From NCBI GenBank assembly GCA_001805965.1, contig MHHG01000055.1, positions 3,680-67,679 on the forward strand: a stretch of 64,000 nt of DNA. The letters are read 5' to 3'. Positions 9,811 to 20,596 of the stretch are shown one piece after another. This DNA is from Omnitrophica WOR_2 bacterium RIFOXYA2_FULL_38_17. Lineage in GTDB: Bacteria; Omnitrophota; Gorgyraeia; Zapsychrales; Zapsychraceae. Position 1 is the stretch's first letter. Each line of letters begins with the position of its first letter. Both the position numbers and the translations under genes were made by a program. The notes beneath the pieces were generated by a model. That model saw nothing but the letters and a program-made list of their open reading frames with translations, made no database searches and was not told where the DNA came from.

Positions 9811-10185
9811 TTATTTTGTAGTCTTCTTGCCACCGACAGATGGTTTTTTACCTTTTCTAACACGTGCATTTGTTTTTGTACGTTGCCCCCTTACCGGAAG
9901 GCCTTTTCGATGGCGCATTCCTCGATAAGTTCCGATATCAACATGCCTCTTCACATTCTGGCTGACATCCCTTCGAAGGTCACCTTCTATAATATAATTA
10001 TTCTGAATTATTGATGTTATGCGGGCTATTTCCTCGTCAGAAAGATCCTTCGCTCTTCTATTAACATCAATATTTGCTTCCTTTAAAATATCCAAGGTAT
10101 TAGCAGGACCAACCCCATAAATATATGGCAAAGCTGCCTCAATTCTCTTTTCCTTTGGAATATCAACACCTAAAATTCTTGGCAT
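9811..10185 (-). CDS. rpsM: 30S ribosomal protein uS13
   Basis: IYGVG, EGDLRR, GLPVRGQRTKTNAR. Confidence 0.98.
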   Translation of the reverse strand: MPRILGVDIPKEKRIEAALPYIYGVGPANTLDILKEANIDVNRRAKDLSDEEIARITSIIQNNYIIEGDLRRDVSQNVKRHVDIGTYRGMRHRKGLPVRGQRTKTNARVRKGKKPSVGGKKTTK

Positions 10186-10189
10186 AATC

Positions 10190-10303
10190 TTACCCTTGTC
10201 TTTGTTTATGTTTTGGATTTATGCAAATTACACGAACAACACCTTTTCTCCGAACAACTTTGCAATTGCTGCATACTCTTTTTATAGATGATTTTACTTT
10301 CAT
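10190..10303 (-). CDS. rpmJ: 50S ribosomal protein bL36 (37 aa)
   Basis: Not in ORF track. Manual translation [37 protein letters not shown]. Confidence 0.97.
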   Translation of the reverse strand: MKVKSSIKRVCSNCKVVRRKGVVRVICINPKHKQRQG

Positions 10304-10305
10304 GT

Positions 10306-10524
10306 TTACTTATTCCTGTATGTTATTCTTCCTCTTGTTAAATCATAGGGAGAAAGCTCTACTTTTACTTTGTCCCCTGGAAGAATCCTTATAAAATGTT
10401 TTCTGATTTTCCCTGAAATATGTGCTTGAACAATGTGCCCATTTTCTAACTCTACTCGAAACTTAGCATTTGGAAGGGCTTCTTTTACTATGCCTTCAAC
10501 TTCTATAAGATCTTCTTTAACCAT
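10306..10524 (-). CDS. infA: Translation initiation factor IF-1
   Basis: [26 protein letters not shown]. Confidence 0.98.
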   Translation of the reverse strand: MVKEDLIEVEGIVKEALPNAKFRVELENGHIVQAHISGKIRKHFIRILPGDKVKVELSPYDLTRGRITYRNK

Positions 10525-10525
10525 G

Positions 10526-11284
10526 TTACCTCGTTAATATTTCAGGCTTTTCTTTTGTTACTACAATTGAATGCTCAAAATGCGCTGACGGCTTTCCATC
10601 TTTTGTTACAACTGTCCATCCGTCGTTTAAAATCTTCGTGCGCCAGTCTCCAATATTCACCATTGGCTCAATAGCTAATACCATCCCTGATTTCAAAACA
10701 GGACCATTATTTGGCTCGCCAAAATTAGGTATCTCAGGATCTTCATGCAACTGCTTACCAATGCCATGACCTACAAATTCTCTGACAACTGAATAATTGT
10801 TCCCTTCAACATATGATTGAATAGCATGTGAAACATCTGAAAGATGATTGTTCTCTTTTGCTTGTTCAATCCCCCTGTAAAGAGATTCCTTTGTTACATC
10901 AATCAATCTTTGGAACTCGGGGTCAATATTACCTATTCCTGCAGTAACAGCCATATCAGAATAATACCCTTTGTAAATAATCCCAACATCCAAACTAACT
11001 ATATCTCCATTTTCCAGCTTGCGTTTAGAAGGTATTCCATGAACAACTTCATCATTAATAGAAACGCAAACACAACTAGGAAAACCCCTATAGCCTTTGA
11101 ATGCGGGGACAACATCATATTCCTTTATTAGAATCTCTGCAAGTGCATCAATTTCTTGAGTTGAAATTCCAGTTTTTAAAGAGCATTTTAATTCTTTTAC
11201 AATAGCTGATAATCTTTTCCCAGCTTCCCTAAGAAGCACTAGTTCTTCGCCAGTCTTTATTCCGATCTTATTACCTTGATCCAT
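10526..11284 (-). CDS. map: Methionine aminopeptidase type I
   Basis: [32 protein letters not shown]. Confidence 0.97.
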   Translation of the reverse strand: MDQGNKIGIKTGEELVLLREAGKRLSAIVKELKCSLKTGISTQEIDALAEILIKEYDVVPAFKGYRGFPSCVCVSINDEVVHGIPSKRKLENGDIVSLDVGIIYKGYYSDMAVTAGIGNIDPEFQRLIDVTKESLYRGIEQAKENNHLSDVSHAIQSYVEGNNYSVVREFVGHGIGKQLHEDPEIPNFGEPNNGPVLKSGMVLAIEPMVNIGDWRTKILNDGWTVVTKDGKPSAHFEHSIVVTKEKPEILTR

Positions 11285-11924
11285 TAAATATATTTAGCGC
11301 ATCCTCTTTAACTTCTTGAGAATCTTTATCAGCATTAACCTTCTTTAATTTATTTTGTCCTTCATAAAAACTAATTATCGGGGCAGTGCTGTCAGTATAA
11401 ACTTTCATACGGTTCTTGATCGTTTCTTCATTATCATCTGCACGCTGATATATCTCTCCACCACAGGAATCACAAACCCCGTCTTTTTTTGATGGCATAT
11501 TGACAATATGATATATCTTTCCGCAACCTCTGCAAACTCTTCTCCCGGTTAGTCGAGCTAAAATCGTACCTAAAGTTGCTTCCATATATAAAGCACAATC
11601 AATCGGCATTCCCAGCTTATCTAAGATATTATCTAAATCCTTAGCTTGATTTACTGTTCTAGGATAACCATCCAGCATAAAACCATCTTTAGCCCTACTA
11701 TCATTAGTCAACTTATTTTTAATAAGCTTTGTAACAACTTCATCAGGCACCAAACCACCTGATTCAATGAATTTTTTTGCTTCTTGTCCTAATGGGGTAT
11801 TAGCCTTGAGCTCTTCTCTAAGAATATCTCCCGTTGAAACATGCAAAACACCTAAAGTATCCTTCAAGACACCTGCTAGTGTTCCTTTTCCTGCCCCTGG
11901 AGGTCCAAGCAATACTATTCTCAT
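11271..11924 (-). CDS. adk: Adenylate kinase with Zn-binding lid
   Basis: GPPGAGKGT, STGDILR, LDGYPRT, CRGC..CDSC. Confidence 0.97.
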   Translation of the reverse strand: MRIVLLGPPGAGKGTLAGVLKDTLGVLHVSTGDILREELKANTPLGQEAKKFIESGGLVPDEVVTKLIKNKLTNDSRAKDGFMLDGYPRTVNQAKDLDNILDKLGMPIDCALYMEATLGTILARLTGRRVCRGCGKIYHIVNMPSKKDGVCDSCGGEIYQRADDNEETIKNRMKVYTDSTAPIISFYEGQNKLKKVNADKDSQEVKEDALNIFNGSR

Positions 11925-13270
11925 CTTCTTCCCCTTATTTGACCCGATTTCATAAACCCATCATAATGGCGCATAACAAGGTGTGACTCAATCTGTTTCA
12001 TAGTATCAAGCATGACCCCTACAGTGATCAAAACACCAGTGCCTCCAAAAAATGAAGCGACTAAATACGGAACTTTAAATGAAGCCATTATTGCATCAGG
12101 CATAATAGCAATAGCACAAATAAATAAAGCCCCTGTCAAAGTAATTCGTGTCATAACAAAATCTAAATAATCTGCCGTCTGCGCTCCAGGCCTAACACCA
12201 GGAATAAAACCACCATGCTTCTTCATATTTTCAGCAACTTCAAGAGGATTAAAAACGATTGCTGTATAAAAATAGCAAAAGAAGACTATAAATAATCCAT
12301 AGATAATATAATAAACAGCATGTCCTCTTTGAATATAACTAGCAAACGCTTGAAAACCTTGATTAGGTATAAAACTTGCCAAAGTCGCCGGAAACAAAAT
12401 AATAGACTGAGCAAAAATAATAGCAATAACACCAGCCGTATCTACTTTTAAAGGTATATACGTGCTCTGGCCGCCATATACTTTTCTTCCAACAATACGC
12501 CTTGCATATTGTACTGGTATCTTTCTTTGTGCTTGTGTTATCAAAGTAATTGAAATTATTACACCTAGCAAAAATATAACCATAATAACAAGTGTGAACG
12601 GCTGTAACTGAACTGCTCCGCCTGTTTGTGGTGATAAAAGTTTAACCAACATAGCAAGAGCAGAAGGTGCTTCAGAAATAATACCCGCAGTAATTATCAA
12701 AGAAATACCATTGCCTATTCCCTTTTCCTGGATCTGTTCTCCTAGCCACATTAATAATAATGTACCTGCAGATAATGTAACCATAGTCGTAAAGATGAAC
12801 TGTACCCCGGCACTACTGCTTACTACTTCAAAACCGCTGAAGGTTTGTGGGCTTTTAAGCCAAAGAGCAATAAAAAACGATTGTATCGTAGCTAATCCCA
12901 GCGTTCCATAACGAGTATACTGATTTATTTTATGATAACCAGCTTGTCCTTCTTTAGATAATTTCTCTAAAGCAGGGATAACCGCTGTTAATAACTGCAT
13001 TATGATTGAGCTAGAAATATACGGCATAATCCCTAAAGAAAATACCGTCATCTTCTGCATTGCTCCGCCTGAAAACATATTCATAATGCTGAAAATGCTT
13101 CCGCTTGCAGAAGAAGTAATCGACTGAAAATACCTTGCCAGCTCAGCACCATTTACGCCTGGAGTCGGAAGATAACATCCAACTCTATAAGCAGCAATAA
13201 TTGCTAATGTGAAAAGGATCTTCTTCTTTAATTCTGGAATTTTAAAACAATTTGCAAAAGCAGCTAACAT
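11921..13270 (-). CDS. secY: Protein translocase subunit SecY
   Basis: LGIMPYISSSII, GIGNGISLII, FIPGVRPG. Confidence 0.98.
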   Translation of the reverse strand: MLAAFANCFKIPELKKKILFTLAIIAAYRVGCYLPTPGVNGAELARYFQSITSSASGSIFSIMNMFSGGAMQKMTVFSLGIMPYISSSIIMQLLTAVIPALEKLSKEGQAGYHKINQYTRYGTLGLATIQSFFIALWLKSPQTFSGFEVVSSSAGVQFIFTTMVTLSAGTLLLMWLGEQIQEKGIGNGISLIITAGIISEAPSALAMLVKLLSPQTGGAVQLQPFTLVIMVIFLLGVIISITLITQAQRKIPVQYARRIVGRKVYGGQSTYIPLKVDTAGVIAIIFAQSIILFPATLASFIPNQGFQAFASYIQRGHAVYYIIYGLFIVFFCYFYTAIVFNPLEVAENMKKHGGFIPGVRPGAQTADYLDFVMTRITLTGALFICAIAIMPDAIMASFKVPYLVASFFGGTGVLITVGVMLDTMKQIESHLVMRHYDGFMKSGQIRGRR

Positions 13271-13273
13271 ATA

Positions 13274-13759
13274 TTAAATTTGTTTCTTTGGTGTTTTTTT
13301 CTCTTTTTGAGAAACTTTTTCTTCAACCTCGATCTTGCCACCAGCTTTTTCAATTTTCTCTTTTGCTGACTTGGATATGCTCTTTATTTTAATAACAAGG
13401 GGTTTATTTATTTCGCCATTATCTAAAATCTTTACCGGCTTATAACGGCTATTGATCAAACCCTGCGCTTTCAAAGAATTAGCATCAACAACAGCATCTT
13501 TTGCAAACCTATTCAAGCTCTCTAAGCTTACAACCTGGTTTAAAATAGGCCTCTTGCTCCTAAATCCAACCTTTGGAAGTCGGCGAATAAGAGGCATCTG
13601 CCCACCTTCGGAAGAGGATAAGCTCCATCTACCTGAACGAGATCTTTGTCCATTCTCTCCACGGCCACTCGTTTTTCCACGCCCAGAACCTTTACCCCGG
13701 CCAATTATTCTTTTTTTCTTTCTTGAACCTTTTGGAGATTTTAATTCATGTAATTGCAT
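13274..13759 (-). CDS. rplO: 50S ribosomal protein uL15
   Basis: GRGKGSGRGKTSGRG, EGGQMPLIRRLPK. Confidence 0.97.
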   Translation of the reverse strand: MQLHELKSPKGSRKKKRIIGRGKGSGRGKTSGRGENGQRSRSGRWSLSSSEGGQMPLIRRLPKVGFRSKRPILNQVVSLESLNRFAKDAVVDANSLKAQGLINSRYKPVKILDNGEINKPLVIKIKSISKSAKEKIEKAGGKIEVEEKVSQKEKKTPKKQI

Positions 13760-13788
13760 TTATTACTTAACCTTTGTAAAATTAAAAA

Positions 13789-14433
13789 TTATTTTTTAAA
13801 CTTCAATCTACTTAATCCATCAAATGTTGCTTTCACAACATTAATTGGGTTATTAGATCTGTGGCATTTCGTCAAAATATTATGTATTCCTGCCCCGTCG
13901 CAAACAGCTCTTACCGGACCTGCTGCAATAACACCAGTTCCTTCAGATGCAGGCTTCAAAAGAACTCTAGCCCCTGAACACTGTCCTATTATTTCATGAG
14001 GGATCGTTGTCCCTTTCATCGGGACCTTGATCATGTTCTTTTTTGCTACGATCATAGCTTTTTTTATAGCTATAGCTACTTCCTTAGCTTTAGATAAACT
14101 ATACCCTACATTACCTTTTGCATCTCCCACAACTACTAGAGCACTAAATGATAATTTCTTTCCACCCTTTGTTACTTTTGTAATCCTGTTGATAGAAATG
14201 ACCTTTTCCATCATTTCAGAACTACCATAATCTTTTAATACTTCACTTATTTTTTTGACATCAATTGAATCATCCTTGGATAAGTCTATTTTGTCGTCAA
14301 AAACAGCTTCTTCAAAAACATCAACATCAACTGCATCAGCAATCTCGTGCTCAGCTTTTATTTCAACAGCATCATTATTAACTTTATCTTCTACTTCTTT
14401 TATTTCTTTATTTTCTTCGTTTGGCTTATTCAT
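13789..14433 (-). CDS. rpsE: 30S ribosomal protein uS5 with acidic N-terminal extension
   Basis: [25 protein letters not shown]. Confidence 0.95.
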   Translation of the reverse strand: MNKPNEENKEIKEVEDKVNNDAVEIKAEHEIADAVDVDVFEEAVFDDKIDLSKDDSIDVKKISEVLKDYGSSEMMEKVISINRITKVTKGGKKLSFSALVVVGDAKGNVGYSLSKAKEVAIAIKKAMIVAKKNMIKVPMKGTTIPHEIIGQCSGARVLLKPASEGTGVIAAGPVRAVCDGAGIHNILTKCHRSNNPINVVKATFDGLSRLKFKK

Positions 14434-14438
14434 AATAA

Positions 14439-14807
14439 TTAAAACTCCATTCCACCTTTGCGTAAAGACTCAGCAAAGGCCTTCACTCGACCATGATATA
14501 AATAACCACCTCTATCAAAACATACTTTCTTGATTCCTTTTTTCTGCGCTTCTGCTGCAAATGATTCACCCAGTAAAGATGCAGCATCAATATTCCCACC
14601 GTTTTTTATTTTGCCGCGCACTTCTTTATTCAATGTTGACATTCCAAATAGGACTTTACCGCTAGAATCATCAACAACTTGCACAAAAAAATTCTTCAAA
14701 CTTCGATGCACGCATAATCTTGGCTGTTCAGTTGTTCCAACAACTTTTTTGCGTGTTCTTTGATGCCTATAAACTCTTTTTAATTCTTTTAATTTTGTAT
14801 TATCCAT
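14439..14807 (-). CDS. rplR: 50S ribosomal protein uL18
   Basis: [22 protein letters not shown]. Confidence 0.97.
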   Translation of the reverse strand: MDNTKLKELKRVYRHQRTRKKVVGTTEQPRLCVHRSLKNFFVQVVDDSSGKVLFGMSTLNKEVRGKIKNGGNIDAASLLGESFAAEAQKKGIKKVCFDRGGYLYHGRVKAFAESLRKGGMEF

Positions 14808-14813
14808 AATATT

Positions 14814-15353
14814 TTATTTAGATACCGATTTTCCTTGTTTCCTTCTGACAATTTCGCCCACATACCTAATCCCTTTTCCCTTATAAGGCTCAACAGGCTT
14901 TAAGGCCCGAATTTTTGCTGCTTCCTGACCAACTCTCGCATTATCAGGGCCTTCAATTACAACACTAGTTGGATTAGGCAGACTAACTTTCACATCTCCA
15001 GGAATTTGATACTCAACAGGATGACTAAAGCCTAACCCGAAAACTATCTTCTTGCCTTCAAGTTGCGCTCTAAAACCTATTCCCTGTATCTCTAGATCTT
15101 TTTTATGGCCTGCTGTAACACCAACAACCATGTTTGATAAACAGGAGCGTATCGTTCCATGATTTGCGCGATTTTGCTTAACATTCGAAACTCTGTTTAC
15201 AACTAACTGATTCTCCACATGCTCAACTGTAATACCATGTGGAATATCCAAAGTTAATTTACCTTTTGGCCCTTCTAAAGAAATTTGACTTGGATCAATT
15301 TTTACTTTTACTTCTTTTGGAACACTAACTGGAGATTTACCTATTCTTGACAT
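14814..15353 (-). CDS. rplF: 50S ribosomal protein uL6
   Basis: MSRIGK, LGFSHP, EPYKGKGIRY. Confidence 0.98.
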   Translation of the reverse strand: MSRIGKSPVSVPKEVKVKIDPSQISLEGPKGKLTLDIPHGITVEHVENQLVVNRVSNVKQNRANHGTIRSCLSNMVVGVTAGHKKDLEIQGIGFRAQLEGKKIVFGLGFSHPVEYQIPGDVKVSLPNPTSVVIEGPDNARVGQEAAKIRALKPVEPYKGKGIRYVGEIVRRKQGKSVSK

Positions 15354-15368
15354 AATATACCTTAATTA

Positions 15369-15764
15369 TTACCAAATATAACATAAGACTTCGCCGCCAA
15401 TTTTTTCTTTTCGAGCAGCCCGACATGTCATAACACCTTTTGATGTAGAAACAACTGCTGTCCCCAAACCATTTATAACTCTTGGAAGTTTATCGTGCTG
15501 AACATAAACTCTTAGACCTGGTTTAGAAATTCTTTTTATTCCAACAACAACAGGCTTGTTATTATCATATTTTAAATAAATTTTATAACTACCCTGAACA
15601 CTGTCTTTCATTAACTTAAAATCCTCAAGATAACCATCTTCCTTAAAAATTTCTAGTATTTTTCCAGCTGTTTTGGATGCTGGAACATCAACAGTTTCTT
15701 TTCTTGCTTGATAAGCATTTCTGATATTCGTTAACAAATTACTAATTGGATCGTTTAATGACAT
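15369..15764 (-). CDS. rpsH: 30S ribosomal protein uS8
   Basis: DPISNLLTNIRNA, SKPGLRVY, GGEVLCYIW. Confidence 0.98.
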   Translation of the reverse strand: MSLNDPISNLLTNIRNAYQARKETVDVPASKTAGKILEIFKEDGYLEDFKLMKDSVQGSYKIYLKYDNNKPVVVGIKRISKPGLRVYVQHDKLPRVINGLGTAVVSTSKGVMTCRAARKEKIGGEVLCYIW

Positions 15765-15783
15765 ATATTTAAGTCCCCTTTAA

Positions 15784-15969
15784 TTACCAACTTGCCTTTT
15801 TGACTCCAGGAATCTCACCCTTCCAAGCAAGCTCCCTAAAACAAATTCGACAAACACCAAATCTTCTATAATAACCTTTCGGTCTTCCACACAATTTACA
15901 TCTATTATGTTGCCTTGTAGAAAACTTAGGCGGTCTTTTCGATTTAACTATTAATCCTGTTTTTGCCAT
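15784..15969 (-). CDS. rpsN: 30S ribosomal protein uS14, short Zn-binding type
   Basis: 61 aa, [22 protein letters not shown]. Confidence 0.97.
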   Translation of the reverse strand: MAKTGLIVKSKRPPKFSTRQHNRCKLCGRPKGYYRRFGVCRICFRELAWKGEIPGVKKASW

Positions 15970-15978
15970 AATTATCCT

Positions 15979-16524
15979 TTATTTCTTGCTGAAAGGCATA
16001 CCCATCAAACTCAGCACTTCAAGAGTTTGCTCTTGAGGCCCTTTGTTAAATACAATAGAAATATCCATACCTTGCGTATATTGAATCCTTCCTGGATCAA
16101 TTTCAGGAAATATTGATTGATCAGAAATACCAAAAGTATAATTTCCCTGTTTATCAAAAGAGTTCCGTGAAACACCATTAAAGTCACGAATTCTAGGGAG
16201 ACAAACATTGACGAGCCTTTCAAAAAACTCATACATCGTATCTCTGCGTAATGTGACTTTACATGCGATAGGAACATCTTCTCTTAACTTAAAATTTGAA
16301 ACAGCCTTTTTTGATTTGATAATAATAGGCTTTTGACCTGTAATTGTTGCTAAATCTTTAACTGCAGATTCTAAGGCTTTCATATCTGTTATTGCTTTTC
16401 CAACGCCCATGTTGACAACAATCTTTTCAAATTTTGGTACAGCCATAGTATTCTTAACACCAAATTTTTCTTTGATCTTTGGAACGATCTCTTCATTATA
16501 TTTTTTTTTCAAACTTGCAGTCAC
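15979..16524 (-). CDS. rplE: 50S ribosomal protein uL5
   Basis: KIVVNMGVG, ITGQKP, LPRIRDF. GTG start. Confidence 0.98.
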   Translation of the reverse strand: MTASLKKKYNEEIVPKIKEKFGVKNTMAVPKFEKIVVNMGVGKAITDMKALESAVKDLATITGQKPIIIKSKKAVSNFKLREDVPIACKVTLRRDTMYEFFERLVNVCLPRIRDFNGVSRNSFDKQGNYTFGISDQSIFPEIDPGRIQYTQGMDISIVFNKGPQEQTLEVLSLMGMPFSKK

Positions 16525-16525
16525 T

Positions 16526-16837
16526 TTAAATTACCTCACCACTTTTCTTACTGATTCTTACTTTTGACCCATCTTTCAATACTGAAACTCCAAAACGAGT
16601 AGGTTGATTTGTTTTTTTATCTACAAGCATAACATTTGAAATATGAATAGCCGATTCGATCTCAGAAATACCGCCTTGCTGGTCTTGCTGAGTTTTTCTT
16701 CTGGCCTTCTTAACCATATTGATATTTTCAACTATTAACCTGCTGTCTTTAGGAAAAACTTTAAGGACCTTGCCTGTCTTTCCTTTGTCTTTTCCTGCAA
16801 TTATAAACACTTGATCATTTTTTTTTATTGTTAACAT
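16526..16837 (-). CDS. rplX: 50S ribosomal protein uL24
   Basis: IAGKDKGKTG, IHISNV. Start moved to ATG 16837, just after the rplN stop. Confidence 0.96.
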   Translation of the reverse strand: MLTIKKNDQVFIIAGKDKGKTGKVLKVFPKDSRLIVENINMVKKARRKTQQDQQGGISEIESAIHISNVMLVDKKTNQPTRFGVSVLKDGSKVRISKKSGEVI

Positions 16838-16838
16838 C

Positions 16839-17207
16839 TTATACAACCTCTGGGGCTAACGAAATTATTTTCATATATTCCAAACTTCTTAATTCTCGAG
16901 CAACTGGTCCAAAAACACGCGTACCTCTTGGGTTTCCAGTATCATCTATTATTACAATAGCGTTACTATCAAAACGGACATAAGTACCATCAGATCTTCG
17001 TACCGGGAATTTGGTTCTAACAATAACTCCCTTTGCCTTTTCACCCTTTTTAATAGCTGCTTCCGGAGCAGACTCTTTAATGTTAACTCTGATAACATCT
17101 CCAATTTGTGCGTGACGTCTACCTTTACAATTCAACACACCAATCATTGAGGCTTTACGAGCTCCCGTATTATCTGCTACGTTCAAAATTGTTTTCATAT
17201 AAATCAT
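16839..17207 (-). CDS. rplN: 50S ribosomal protein uL14
   Basis: VADNTGA, GTRVFGPVARE, ISLAPEV. Confidence 0.98.
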   Translation of the reverse strand: MIYMKTILNVADNTGARKASMIGVLNCKGRRHAQIGDVIRVNIKESAPEAAIKKGEKAKGVIVRTKFPVRRSDGTYVRFDSNAIVIIDDTGNPRGTRVFGPVARELRSLEYMKIISLAPEVV

Positions 17208-17218
17208 GATATTACCTC

Positions 17219-17503
17219 TTAAGCTTCTTGTTCAGCGCCTACTTGCTTAACAATGCTGCAAATAATCCAGCGCTTATCTTTTGATAATGGACGAGTTTCC
17301 ATTATTTGCACAACATCACCAGTCTTAGATTCATTTTTTTCATCATGAGCTTTATACTTTGACGCAGCTCTAACAACTTTATTATACTTACTATGCTTCG
17401 TTGCCCATTTAACTTGAACAACACGAGTCTTATTCATTTTGTCGCTAGTTACAATCCCTTGAAGAAATTTTCTTCTATTCTGCCTCTTTGCCGTTTCGCT
17501 CAT
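17219..17503 (-). CDS. rpsQ: 30S ribosomal protein uS17
   Basis: SDKMNKT, AHDE, ETRPLSKDKRW. Confidence 0.97.
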   Translation of the reverse strand: MSETAKRQNRRKFLQGIVTSDKMNKTRVVQVKWATKHSKYNKVVRAASKYKAHDEKNESKTGDVVQIMETRPLSKDKRWIICSIVKQVGAEQEA

Positions 17504-17693
17504 TCTCTAATTCTCTTTCTTTTAATATAGTAAATATTTTTGCAATATTTCTTTTTAGCTCTCTAAAATGGGCAGGCTTTTCCACAACGCCCATTTTCCT
17601 TTGATAATTGAGATCAAAAATATCTTTTTTAAAAGATTTTTCTTTCTGAATCAATTCTTCTGAACTTAATATTCTTAAATCTTTAATCTTCAT
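17475..17693 (-). CDS. rpmC: 50S ribosomal protein uL29
   Basis: Position between rplP and rpsQ; LKRNIAKIFTIL. Confidence 0.9.
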   Translation of the reverse strand: MKIKDLRILSSEELIQKEKSFKKDIFDLNYQRKMGVVEKPAHFRELKRNIAKIFTILKERELENERNGKEAE

Positions 17694-18109
17694 TAATGAC
17701 CAATCCTCGTTACAAATTTTGTCTTAATAGGCAATTTAAAAGAAACTATTCTTAACACTGTTTTTGCAAATTCTTCTGGAACACCACTCATCTCAAAAAT
17801 AACCTTTCCACGCTTTACAGGCGAAACCCAATGACTTACATCACCTTTTCCCTTACCCATTCTAACTTCAGCAGGCTTTTTTGTAACAGGCTTATGTGGA
17901 AAAATATTTATCCAGAGCTTTCCAACACCTTTCATTTTTCTCGCAACAACTATACGACAAGCTTCAATATGAGTTGCTTTAATAAAACCATTTTCTAGCG
18001 CCTTGATGCCATATTCGCCAAAATGGATCTTGTTTCCAGCAGTTGCAATCCCTCTGTTCTTGCCTTTCTGGGCTTTTCTATACTTAACTTTTCTAGGCAT
18101 TAAAACCAT
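17693..18109 (-). CDS. rplP: 50S ribosomal protein uL16
   Basis: KYRK, FPHKP.TKKPAEVRMGKGKG. Confidence 0.98.
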   Translation of the reverse strand: MVLMPRKVKYRKAQKGKNRGIATAGNKIHFGEYGIKALENGFIKATHIEACRIVVARKMKGVGKLWINIFPHKPVTKKPAEVRMGKGKGDVSHWVSPVKRGKVIFEMSGVPEEFAKTVLRIVSFKLPIKTKFVTRIGH

Positions 18110-18136
18110 TTTAAAAATTCTCCTGAAATCTAAAAA

Positions 18137-18805
18137 TTACTTTTGTTCGGTCTTATTCGCTTTCTGCCGATTAATTGTCTTAATAACTTCCCCTTTATTA
18201 ACCCATACTTTAATTCCCAGAAGACCATATGTAGTCTGAGCTTCTGCAAAACCATAATCAATCTGCGCTCTAAAAGTATGCAAAGGAAGCTTTCCTTCCT
18301 GATATGATTCTTGACGAGCCATTTCAACTCCGTTAAGTCTGCCTGAGCATTTTATTTTAATTCCCTTGGCGCCAGAATTCATTGCATTTTCAATAGCCCT
18401 CTTCATCGCTCTTCGAAAAGCAATACGTTTAGCTAGCTGAAAAGATACATTTTGGGCAATTAATTGAGCCTCTACATTAGGGTTCTTAATTTCACGAGGA
18501 TCAATAGCTACTTCTTTAGAAGAAATCTTTCCGAGCTCAGTCCTTAATTTATCAATATCTGCGCCTCTTCTTCCAATAATTACGCCAGGCCTAGCAGTAT
18601 AAATAATAATCTTTGTTTTATCTGCTAATCTTTCTATAACCACTTTCGCAACAGAGGCCTGTACAAATCTTTTTTTAATAAATTCTCTGATTTTGTAATC
18701 TTCAATTACATTTTTAGCAAATTCACTTTTATCTGCAAACCAAAGGCTTCTCCAGTTCTCAATGTATCCGATTCTTAATGCTAAAGGACTTACTTTTTGA
18801 CCCAC
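18137..18805 (-). CDS. rpsC: 30S ribosomal protein uS3
   Basis: MGQKV.P, RPGVIIG, SGRL, PLHT.RA.IDY. GTG start. Confidence 0.98.
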   Translation of the reverse strand: MGQKVSPLALRIGYIENWRSLWFADKSEFAKNVIEDYKIREFIKKRFVQASVAKVVIERLADKTKIIIYTARPGVIIGRRGADIDKLRTELGKISSKEVAIDPREIKNPNVEAQLIAQNVSFQLAKRIAFRRAMKRAIENAMNSGAKGIKIKCSGRLNGVEMARQESYQEGKLPLHTFRAQIDYGFAEAQTTYGLLGIKVWVNKGEVIKTINRQKANKTEQK

Positions 18806-18817
18806 GTTATATCCCCT

Positions 18818-19153
18818 TTATTTCGTTATTAAATCTAATTCTATTAATAAATGTGTTGTTTTCTTTAAAATCCTTGTTGCCCTTCCAAAAGCAGCTGGTC
18901 TAAATCTCTTCCATGAAGGTCCTTGGTCAGCCTTGATCTTAGAAATATAAAGCTGGTCTTCCATGAGCCCTTTTTGCTTTGCATTGCTGATAGCTGAAAT
19001 TAAGATCTTACTTATCGTTCCCGTTTGGCCCTTATTAGTCTGCGCCAGGATTGCCAATGATGCAGAGACTTTTTTGCCTCTAATTAAGTCAATCACTTGC
19101 CTTACTTTTATAGGGGAAACTCTTATATAACTTCCTTTTGCTTGTGCTATCAT
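18818..19153 (-). CDS. rplV: 50S ribosomal protein uL22
   Basis: SPIKVRQVIDLIRG, SAISNA, GP..KR. Confidence 0.97.
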   Translation of the reverse strand: MIAQAKGSYIRVSPIKVRQVIDLIRGKKVSASLAILAQTNKGQTGTISKILISAISNAKQKGLMEDQLYISKIKADQGPSWKRFRPAAFGRATRILKKTTHLLIELDLITK

Positions 19154-19189
19154 AATTTTTTCTCTTGTAATAACTTTATCGATTAAGTT

Positions 19190-19477
19190 TTATGTTTTTT
19201 GATCGGCTTTCTTAGCTTTTACGCCACCGTGTTTCCTAAATGTCCTTGTCGCTGCAAATTCTCCGAATTTATAGCCAACCATATTTTCAGTAACAAATAC
19301 AGGAATATGTTTTTTTCCATTATAAACAGATACTGTAAAACCAACAAATTGTGGAGTAATTACTGATCTTCTTGACCAAGTCTTTATTGGTTGCCTCGAG
19401 CCTGTCTCGATCATCTTTATTAATTTCTTTTCCAATGATGGTTCTAAATATGGACCCTTTTTAATTGAACGTGGCAT
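19190..19477 (-). CDS. rpsS: 30S ribosomal protein uS19
   Basis: [24 protein letters not shown]. Confidence 0.98.
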   Translation of the reverse strand: MPRSIKKGPYLEPSLEKKLIKMIETGSRQPIKTWSRRSVITPQFVGFTVSVYNGKKHIPVFVTENMVGYKFGEFAATRTFRKHGGVKAKKADQKT

Positions 19478-19478
19478 A

Positions 19479-20318
19479 CTATTTCGATCCTCTTCTTCTT
19501 ACAATATATTTTGATGAATATTTTCTCTTTTTACGAGTCTTGTATCCCTTAGTTGGTTTGCCCCATGGCGTAACAGGATGAGGATTTCCTTGAGGAGCTT
19601 TACCTTCACCACCACCATGTGGGTGATCAAACGGATTCATTGCAACGCCTCTAACATTGCCTTTTCTTCCCAACCAACGGCTTCTCCCAGCTTTTCCTAA
19701 AGAACGACTCTCATGCTCAACATTACCAATCTGACCAATTGTTGATCTGCAATCAATAGGAATCTTTCTAACTTCACTAGAAGGCATTCTGATAAAAGCA
19801 AAATCACCTTCTTTTGCCATAATCTGTGCCGATGTGCCCGCTGAACGAGCGATCTTGCCACCTTTGCCAGGTTTCATTTCTATATTATGAACTGCTGTTC
19901 CAAGTGGCATTTTCCTCAAAGGCAGGCAATTACCAGCTTTAAAATCAATATCTTTATCTAATGAGCTAACTACTTTATCCCCAACTTTAAGTTCTAAAGG
20001 TGCAAGGATGTATGACTTAATACCATCTTCATACTGGATCAAAGCAATTCTACAGCTTCTGTTTGGATCATATTCAATGCCTAAAACTTCTGCCTGAACA
20101 TCAATTTTATTCCTCTTAAAATCAACCATGCGGTACATTCTCTTATGGCCGCCGCTTCTGTATCGTGCAGTTACCCTACCGTTAGAATTGCGTCCACCAG
20201 ATTTCTTTAGCGGCTTTAATAATGACTTTTCAGGTTTCGATTTTGTAATTTCAGCAAAATCTGAAATCGCCGTATGTCTCAAACTACTAGTTGTTGGTTT
20301 AAATCTTCGTATTCCCAC
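19479..20318 (-). CDS. rplB: 50S ribosomal protein uL2
   Basis: [32 protein letters not shown] start. Confidence 0.98.
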   Translation of the reverse strand: MGIRRFKPTTSSLRHTAISDFAEITKSKPEKSLLKPLKKSGGRNSNGRVTARYRSGGHKRMYRMVDFKRNKIDVQAEVLGIEYDPNRSCRIALIQYEDGIKSYILAPLELKVGDKVVSSLDKDIDFKAGNCLPLRKMPLGTAVHNIEMKPGKGGKIARSAGTSAQIMAKEGDFAFIRMPSSEVRKIPIDCRSTIGQIGNVEHESRSLGKAGRSRWLGRKGNVRGVAMNPFDHPHGGGEGKAPQGNPHPVTPWGKPTKGYKTRKKRKYSSKYIVRRRGSK

Positions 20319-20596
20319 TATGTTACCTCTATTTTTTCACCTTCTTTAAGTGTCACAATTGCTTTTTTCCAAGGAGTTGTTTTACCTTGAGCCTGTCTAA
20401 CTCTTTTTAATTTTGCTTTCATCATATTAGTGTTAACTGCCTGGACCTTTACTTTGTATATCTCTTCAATCGCTTTCTTGATCTCTATCTTGTTTGCCTT
20501 TGAAGCAACTTGAAAAAGATATTTTCTGTCAGGCTCCTGCATCGTACCTTTTTCAGTACGAACTAAAGTTTTAATTATATCGTAACAAGTAATCAC
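20318..20596 (-). CDS. rplW: 50S ribosomal protein uL23
   Basis: [21 protein letters not shown] start. Confidence 0.96.
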   Translation of the reverse strand: MITCYDIIKTLVRTEKGTMQEPDRKYLFQVASKANKIEIKKAIEEIYKVKVQAVNTNMMKAKLKRVRQAQGKTTPWKKAIVTLKEGEKIEVT

